Below are positions 29,901 to 38,900 of a stretch of DNA of 64,000 bases, piece by piece. The stretch is taken from positions 9,920,001-9,984,000 of the forward strand of contig CM120640.1 in the NCBI GenBank assembly GCA_051362555.1, read 5' to 3'. Each line of letters starts with the position of its first letter. The stretch's first letter is position 1. The notes under the pieces are model-generated. The model ran no database searches, was not told the origin of the DNA, and saw only the letters and a list, made by a program, of their open reading frames with translations. Origin of the DNA: Lingula anatina. Taxonomy: Eukaryota > Animalia > Brachiopoda. The position numbers and the translations under genes were made by a program.

Positions 29901-32900
29901 ATAAGGTCATACATTGGAGACAGCTAGTTTGACAGTTATATGTCGTGTGTCATACATTTCTTGTCATGTCATACGTCATGCTGCGTCATGTTCAGTTCTT
30001 ATCAGTAATTGTAAAAGTATGTCGTGGTATGTTGTGGAAATGCTATTGTAAGAGAAGGGTATTGACCTATTCTGTTCTTTCCTATAAGAAACTAGACCCA
30101 AGAAAAAGCCTTCTTCAGCAAAACTTAACCCAATTGCTTGGGCTGAAGGTAGTTTGATTTTTTTTTTACAACAATGCATGGTGTTGGCTGAGTGCATGAC
30201 ATTGTCCTTTATTTATTATTTCTCCTATTTATTGGTATTGATACAATTGACTTCTGCTTATACTCTATAGTTTGATTGATTGACTGTGGATCTAACTGCA
30301 TTGATTTTATATCTTTCCCTGGGCACAGACCCAGAAGTTTGCAGTACAGGCTCTGACTTTGACCCAGTCTCCTATGGTAAGGCTGCCCCTTCCCATTGCA
30401 CATTGTAGTTTATAGCATAAATGATGAAAACCAGTGTTTGTCCATTTTATATTTTACCTTGTCCGCAGGAGATTGTTTTATGCCAGTGCAATTTTTCTCA
30501 TTTTAAAAATCAATTTAGCATTAAAACACCCATCCGTCCTCCCCTAAACTTTAATGTGTATATTTTAATTACAATAGATACCCTAAGATGATTAATGTCT
30601 TAAAGTTCACAGTTGCAAACCTTTGTATGCCAATTTTTTCTGTTGCTATTTTGTTTCATTTGCCAATTTACTTGAACAGAGCAGTATATGTGATTTATAG
30701 TTTATTATGCTTCAATTTATTTTACTGCATTGGTGTTTCACTGTGCTAGGCTGAGTGTTCAAATGGTGTTTTATTGCAGTTAAATGTGAATGTTGAATTG
30801 GAAAAGATACATATATCTACTTACCAAGAATATTTATGTCACATAATAGTAAATGATATATACCTTTTTATATAGCATTTGATTGTCTGATGCATTTGAA
30901 GATATCAGTGTTGTCTTAGATAAGAGTACTATTTTCATGATGTTTTTATAATTGTGAATGCTAAACTTGTTCTTTCTTTTATTCCTAACTCAAAGAGTTA
31001 TACAAGGGGTATACTGGTAGGTACATCTGGTGTTCTGGTATAAACTGCATGCAATCTTTGATTTCATTAATGTGGATAACAAATTGACCAACTCACAGTG
31101 GGACTTTGGGAATCATAAGTTAACTAAAACATGAATTTTTTTAAAAAAAGTCTGTTATTCTTAGGTTATGTATATTAGATATATGATTGATCCTTTAACC
31201 AACAAGGCTTAGGTTAATATACATGGAATTGGTCACAAAAGTGTACAGGCCAAGAGAAAACGGACAAATCATGTTACTTCCACCTCATGTCATAGGTAGT
31301 CATGAGATGACTTAATGACAATTGGAAATGTGTTTTACATTTATACAGTGTCTTGTACTGTATATACTTTTAGATAGGAATAAGGTGGTGCTGTAGGTTA
31401 GAAGAAAATGGCAAATATCTATTTGTTCATGTAAACATATTAAAGTTTTGTAAGCTACTCAAAATCCTAATTATAGGTAGAAAAATTATATGTACCCTAT
31501 GTTTTGATATATTTTTGATATTTTACTGAAATGGGATAAGGGTTATAATAAATAACATCTAACCATTTAAAGACTAAATGCTCAAACTGTAATTTGAATG
31601 GTAAATGTTAGTTATGTCATATATGTTGCTTGTACTAAACCTTCTACAACTGCAGGTCTTTTATGTACATGTTCAAATTCCGGAGGCTCTTATTATAATA
31701 TTGAATAACATAAAATATGTATTTTTACTCGTACTAAGTAAGTGAGGTGAAGTGGTGAAGTGTTATTTTAATTATTATTTGTTTGTGTTAAGATATTATG
31801 TTGTAAGTGCAAAAGTCATGTTTACATGTATTTTCTTGAGAAATGCACATGCATGCTGGTGCAATTTTTGTATATATCTAAGAAGATGATTAGGGTGGGT
31901 AGTTTCATTTCATAGCATTTTACAGAAAAACAGTCAATTAAAGTTTTTTCTTGTTTATTGGTAAAACATTTCTTTAGGTTAGTTATAAATGATATTGAAT
32001 TGACAATATTTCCAGATTACATTGAGACTCTCCCACTGACCAATACCCCTGAAGTGTTTGGGTTACACCCCAATGCTGAGATTGGTTACTACACCTCTGC
32101 TGCCAGGGAAATGTGGAGTAACTTAGTGGAGTTACAGCCCCAGACAGGTGTGGTGGCCTCTGTATATTAAATAATTGAGAAGACAATCAAAATAGTGATC
32201 TGAATGATTGATAAGAGTAATAAATTATGCTGTGATCAATGTTTTTTCTGAACTAGTCACACACATAAATGAATTTTATGAGGTTGCAAAAAGTAGTCCC
32301 AGACAGGCACTGTGTTCTCTTTATATTTAGAAATATACAGCAGTGATTGCTTTAATTTTTCATTTGAGATATTTAATGTACATATTTCTAGGCGAGACTG
32401 GCTCTGGAATCAGTCGTGAAGACTTCATTGACAAGATTGCCTCTGATGTTCTGGCCAAGCTGCCACCAGAGTATGATATGGATAAGATCCGTAAGAAGCT
32501 GGGCATTGAGATCACCCCCACCACTGTGGTACTGCTACAGGAGCTGGAGAGATTTAATATTCTCATTAAGAGAATGAGGGTCTCCCTGTCCACTTTGAAG
32601 AGGGTAGGTTGATTGCAACATATTAGAAATTGTAGGAATTAGACCCATGAGGAATGCAGGCACATACACACACTTTTTTCTCCTTTCAACTTCTTTGTTG
32701 AAGAAATACCAGAAATTGGCGTTCTAGTTTAGTACTGCGGTTTCTGCAATTTAGTAGACTTTTATTTTGTCAAACAGACCTACTAGAGATATGGAATCTT
32801 TTATATGCTAAACAATAAAAAATAATACTAAATATATTGTGTTACTTTATATCATTGCACTGTTTTTCCAGGCCTTGGCAGGTGAAGTTGGTATGAGCAA

Positions 32901-35900
32901 TGAGCTGGATGATGTGGCCAAGTCCCTGTTTAATGGTCAGTTGCCTGGAATATGGAGGCGTCTGGCTCCGGCCACTCTGAAGTCACTGGGCAACTGGATG
33001 ACCCATTTCCAGAAGAGAAATTCTCAGTACACAGTATGGGTAAGTGTCCTATAAAATAATCAATTTCTATTTGTGGTTATAAAAATTTTAAATTTTAATT
33101 CTGTTATTATATTGTTTGGAATATAGGGGTTGACATCATTTGAAAGATTCTCAAGTTAATTTATTCTTGAAGTATAATGCTTGTTTTCAAAGCAGCTCAA
33201 TTATCCATAATTATTATTGATTCATCAACGCAAGCCCACTTCACATGTAGAAAACCATTGTATTCCCATGTTATCATTGTATGATCACCTTTGTACACAT
33301 TGCCCTAAGACATGTGATATAGACAGGTGGATTTAGTGGTTGAAGGTCTAAGTGGGTGTTAAGACAGGATTCAGTAGTACTAGTTTAAATACTTGAAATA
33401 TATTAAATGGGCCATGACAGATATCTGGTAATTGTACAGCTGTAGTAAAGGATGATTACAGAAACTGATTACAATAGGGATTACTAGATCTGTTAGGGAG
33501 AAAATGCATTGGGTATTAAAGCTTGTCAAAGCTATCTGACATCTCATGAAAGTAAATTGGAAAAAAATCTAATTGATCTATTTGTCAACAATTGGTGGAA
33601 ACATTTTGCCCAAATGTTAGTTAGCCATTTTACTAAAGGTCTAACAGCTGGAGTTTCCCGTTCATTAAAAATCATAAATCAACTTATATTCTAATTCGCT
33701 TACGCTTAAACGTATATAAATTATTTATCGTCTAATAACTCTCAACGAATAAAACCACTTCATCTTCAAACACCAAATCATTTATTTATAAATAGGAATG
33801 AGTCGATGTGCCTCTGCCTGTGTACAGACGATACAATATTACATACAAACGTTTGCTCCGTCACCAGTTACATTTCCCACATAGCCTAATTCCAATTCCG
33901 GTACAGCTCGTACTTACATGAATCTGATAATTTTATAACGCATAATCAAACCCCATCTTTATACAAATGTTTTTATACAAAAACTTATTTGGAATAAACT
34001 GGAATGTCTGTACATTAGCGTAGCTCGACTTCGAATGATCGTTTCCCTTCCTCACGTGATCTGTTCACCTTTTGAATACAGCGCCCCCTGTACCTCCTAA
34101 TAACCTTTCTCCTAAGACACGTCATCGTTGACCCGTTAAACGACAATAAATACATTTATATTCTAATTCGCTTACGCTTAAACGTATATAAATTATTTAT
34201 CGTCTAATAACTCTCAACGAATAAAACCACTTCATCTTCAAACACCAAATCATTTATTTATAAATAGGAATGAGTCGATGTGCCTCTGCCTGCTTCGACC
34301 ACAAAGAACGGGCCTCCTCTGTGTATCATTACTTTATCCTAAAAAAGAAAAAACAAATACAATTTCATCGACTTATATACGTACATAATTTATTAATCCA
34401 CATCCACTCTGGATTCACATTGTCCTACAATATCGACAAACAAAATGTAAATGCATATCAAATACCCAAGTTTAAAGATACACTCATTCTTTGCAATATA
34501 TTGTCTTTAATATAACCGTCTTTTGCTTTATCCGATTTCCAGCGACCATGTTTTTTGAATAATCGTTCTTTTATCCCGCAATTTGCTGCAGCTGATGCGC
34601 CACCTGCTCGTAGACTATGTAGACCAAATTTACTTTTATCAAAACCCAATTCTTCAAATTTTTGTAAAACTGTTTCTCTCATACGTGTATACGACAATTT
34701 TCCAGTATCCTTTAAAACATGTTTTCCTGATTTCTTTAAATACTTGACCGATCTGAAAATATACTTCTCTGAATCTTCTTCTATGTCTGCGGCTCTTAGA
34801 TATCTTTGTAAGAAAGCATATGGGCATGAAGTCTTACCTGTTCTGGCTATTAAAACATTAGATCCATCTCTGTATATATCAGTTTTGCTTTTTTCTATAA
34901 AAACTTCAAAATATGAATTTTTGAATATAATATCTGTTCTTCTAATTGAGGATACCTCGCTATATCTTAAAAATCCTGAAAATGATAATAAACATATACA
35001 GACATCTCTCAAATCGGGCAAACTGGCGTTAGATTTTGCAAATCTCTTAACAAGTTTATTAAGCATTTCACTGGTTACTATTTCCTTTTTTATTGTTCTG
35101 TTACATGACAGTCTTTTTGCTGCCTCCACAATATTACTGATCAAAGCGTTATCGCAAGGATTTCGTGTTATTCCAGCAATATCATGAACCCACTTTAAGG
35201 CATATTTCACATCCTGTATTGCTCCTGGTTTACTTTCTTGTTGAATTAAACTTAACATATATAGTGCAATGTGATTAGTGGATGCCGGGAATATGTTAAC
35301 CTCTGTAAATTTCCCTGCCCAATTCTTCCACTTTTGAAATATATAAGTATACTTTTTCACCGTATTATCTGCTCTAGATTTCAATACAATACTTGGTAAC
35401 TCTTTACCCAATCTTCGTAAAGTTGCATTATTGAAATCCTTTAATTCCGTCCAAACTCCAGATTGGAATACCTGTAAATACAAATAAAGAATTTTGATGA
35501 AAACACACCAGTTTATGTTTACTAATATAAAAGCCCATTTTTAAAACATTTCAAATGTTCTTTTCATGCATTATAGGCCTACTGTTTTCAAAAGCCAATC
35601 CAGACAATCTTATATTTTCTCTTTTAACAAAAAAGAATGAATTATCCATTAACTCTTAACCATCGTTAAAAGTATGCTTTCATTGCCTTGATTATGTATA
35701 AACATTTTGTACACTGTCCATCCTGATTATCAACTTTCATAATAACACACCTTCATGCCACCAGACCTTTCAAATATATGAATTTCATTTAATGTTGTAT
35801 AACATTTGTTTCATCGTCAACCCTGACTTGCAAAATATATTATAATTCACCTTTATCTCATCATACTTTTCAATTGAACTTTTCAATTCTGTGTAACAAT

Positions 35901-38900
35901 TGTTACAGTGTCAATCCGAACTATAAACCTTTATAAAATATACCTTCATTCCATAACGCTTTTCAATTATAATTTTCAACTCTGTATAACATTCGGTGCA
36001 GTGTCAATCCTGACTACTAACCTTCCTAAATTATACCTTCATTCCATCACGTTTTTTCCCAATATAAATTTCAGTTTTGTATAACATTTGTCGCAGTGTC
36101 AATCCTGACTGTCAATTTATATAAAATACATCTTCATGCCGTAACAACTTTCAAATATATATTTCAATTCTTTTTAACATTTGTTGCATTGTCAATCCTG
36201 ACTGGCAACCTTCATAAAAATACACCAACATGCCATAAAACTTTCAAATATATATATTTCATTTCTGTGTAATATTTGTTGCAGTGTCAATCCTGACTTG
36301 CAACCTTCATGAAAAATACACCGTCATTCCATCACACCTTCTACATATAAATTTTAATTCTGTATAATGTTTGTTGCAGTGTCAATCCTGACTTGCAACC
36401 TTCATAATAATACACCGTCATTCCATCACACCTTCTATATATAAATTTCAATTCTGTATAATGTTTGTTGCAGTGTCAATCCTGACTGGCAACCTTCATA
36501 AAAATACACCATCCCATCTCGCCTTTGAAATATAACCTTCGTTTTTAGAAAATATTCTTCTATTAAAATCCTGTCTCCCCATCAATCCTGACTGCCAAAA
36601 CTTTATCCTTAAATTTCTGCGACCCTATGTAAGATTGCTTATTTTTCCCCTGCTTAAAAATACCCTTGTTACCGAAAATAAGAACATCTTTTATGTACAT
36701 TTTCCACTTCATATCTCTGTCAAATATCATTGGCCAAAATGCAGCCGACTTCCAACTTGGAACGACTAAAGTGCCTTTTGCTTTACAATTTAATAAATGG
36801 TTTATTGCCTTTGGTACCAAACCTACAGGTGGAACTATCCAATTATTCTCATGCTGCCAATTTTGTAAAAATGCGTCTGTTGCCTCTGTATTTGGATTCC
36901 AAATTCTTGAATTAAAACGGTTTGTCTTTGTATTTTCAAAATTCGCAAATCTATCTACAGTGTGAGGTCCCCACTTTTTATCCAAAAATTCGAAAAAAGA
37001 AGATTCTACCTCCCAGTCGTCTATGTCTACCAATTTGCTGATATAATCTGCTTTTTCATTTTTTGATCTAGGTATCCAGTTTACTGTCAAACTGATTTCA
37101 TGACATGTACATAAATGATATATTTGTAAAGCTAAATGTTGTAGATCATGTTTCATAGATCCTGCCTGTATAATCCTCACGACATTTTGATTATCTGTGT
37201 ACCAACCTATTTTACTTCTTTTTATAACTTTAATAAAAGCTTGTAATGCAATTGTAATTGCCTTCAACTCCCTCCATGTCGAACTTTTCTCCTTTTCTTC
37301 ATCTGACCACATTTTGTGACAAATGTCAGATTGACAACGTACCAAATAGGCACCACATGCATAATCACTAGCATCTGAAAATCCCAAGATTTTGGGTATT
37401 TCGTTTAAGAATAAATGTCTTTTATTTAGACAATGAATGTTTGACAACCAAAAATGTAACTCATTCAGAATTTCTGTATTTGAACGAAAATTTTTGCATT
37501 CGTCCCAACTGTTTCTATCATTGATTGCGTTATACATATTTCTTGTCATTAATCTACTTATATCTCCAATAACAGTTGACATTGATATAATTTTTTCCGT
37601 AATTCGAGCCAGCTCACGTGCCGATGTCATATTAATATTTTGCATCAGTTTTCTAATATCATTTTTCAATTCTGAAACCCTTTTTTCTGTGATTGATATC
37701 GTACCCTGTATCAAATTCCAATGAATACCTAACCAATCAATCTCTTGAACTGGTCTCCATATACTCTTTTCATTATTCACTACGAAACCCGATTTTTTCA
37801 AGTCTCCCCTCACTTTGTCTGAATATTTTTTGCACATCTCAAAATCATCACTAAATCCAAATCCATCATCCAAATACAACACTATAGGTATAGACCATTC
37901 TCTCCAGTGTTTAACCAAACATCTTAATACTTTGGTAAAAATGTAACCTGCTGAAGATATCCCAAAAGGTAAAACTGTGTAAACGAAATATTTAATTTTT
38001 CCTTGAACAACCCAAGAAAATCCCAGAAATTCTTGCTGTGACTCAACAATATCTATATGATGATAACCATTTTTTAAATCAAAACTAAATGCAAATCCTT
38101 TTGAATTTACGTACTGTAATGCAATTCTTGTATCCTCAAATTTAATACTCTCTTTCCAAATGTATGGATTTACACATCTCAAATCTAAAACCAAACGTTT
38201 CTTTTTCCCATTTATTGCCACCGTCAAAGGATTAACAACTTGTGGTATCCCTTTAAATTCTTTGATACGGCCTGATTGTAACAAATCTGATATTGATTTT
38301 TCTACAAAATCCTTATTGTCTAATGCAGACTTCTTGTTTTTCATAATCATTTTTGGTGGTGTATTTATAAAAGGAATAACATATCCTTGTTTTATTACAT
38401 CTAATACATACGTATTGGCACGAATACTTTCCCAAAAAGCTACATTTTTCTTCAATCTACCTTTCACATTGTCACTATTATACTTATCTTTTAGAGTTGT
38501 ATCTGTCTTATTGACTGCCGACCTGTGCGTAGCTGTAGTAGCTTGGGTTCGGTTCCGTGTTGTTTTGAAAGTATGACTGCTTTTGCTGGTTAAATTTGGA
38601 GCATTCTGCTCGCCAGTGACCGTATTGTCCACATCCAAAACACTGGTCATACTTGGACGGTTGACTTCTTTTGGCTCGAAAAAGCCTTTTGAATGGCCCT
38701 GAACCTGAAAAATTGGCTGAGGCTGTATATTGAACAGGCATATTGGAATAGCTATTATAAACACCAGACCTACGTTGACCGACATTGTTGCGTTTCTGTT
38801 TTTTCTGGCGCAATTTTCTATTTGCTCTTATCTGGGCTGAACGAATTTTCTTTTCGTCTTCACTATCATCTGCAAGATCATCGGATTGATATTCTTCCAC

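Noticed and set aside
29593-32015. Long intron checked for a nested antisense gene (CCDC92 neighbours DNAH10 in vertebrates)
   Set aside because: No CCDC92-like peptide or convincing exon seen on either strand.
198-32593. Many short minus-strand ORFs over DNAH10 exons
   Set aside because: Antisense shadows of coding exons; no independent splice structure or domain seen.
33845-33872. Minus-strand CUGGUGA-CGGAG-CAAACGUU in the element spacer, loosely hammerhead-like
   Set aside because: Both core boxes deviate and there is no stem II.
35695-36600. CRISPR-like appearance (palindromic repeat, regular spacing, one-ended decay)
   Set aside because: The intervening sequences are homologous to each other rather than unique spacers, there are no cas genes, and the context is a eukaryotic retrotransposon.
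34555-38576. Plus-strand ORFs within the element (34555-35187, 36666-36965, 37437-37724, 38160-38576)
   Set aside because: Antisense shadows of YR and pol with no recognisable motifs.
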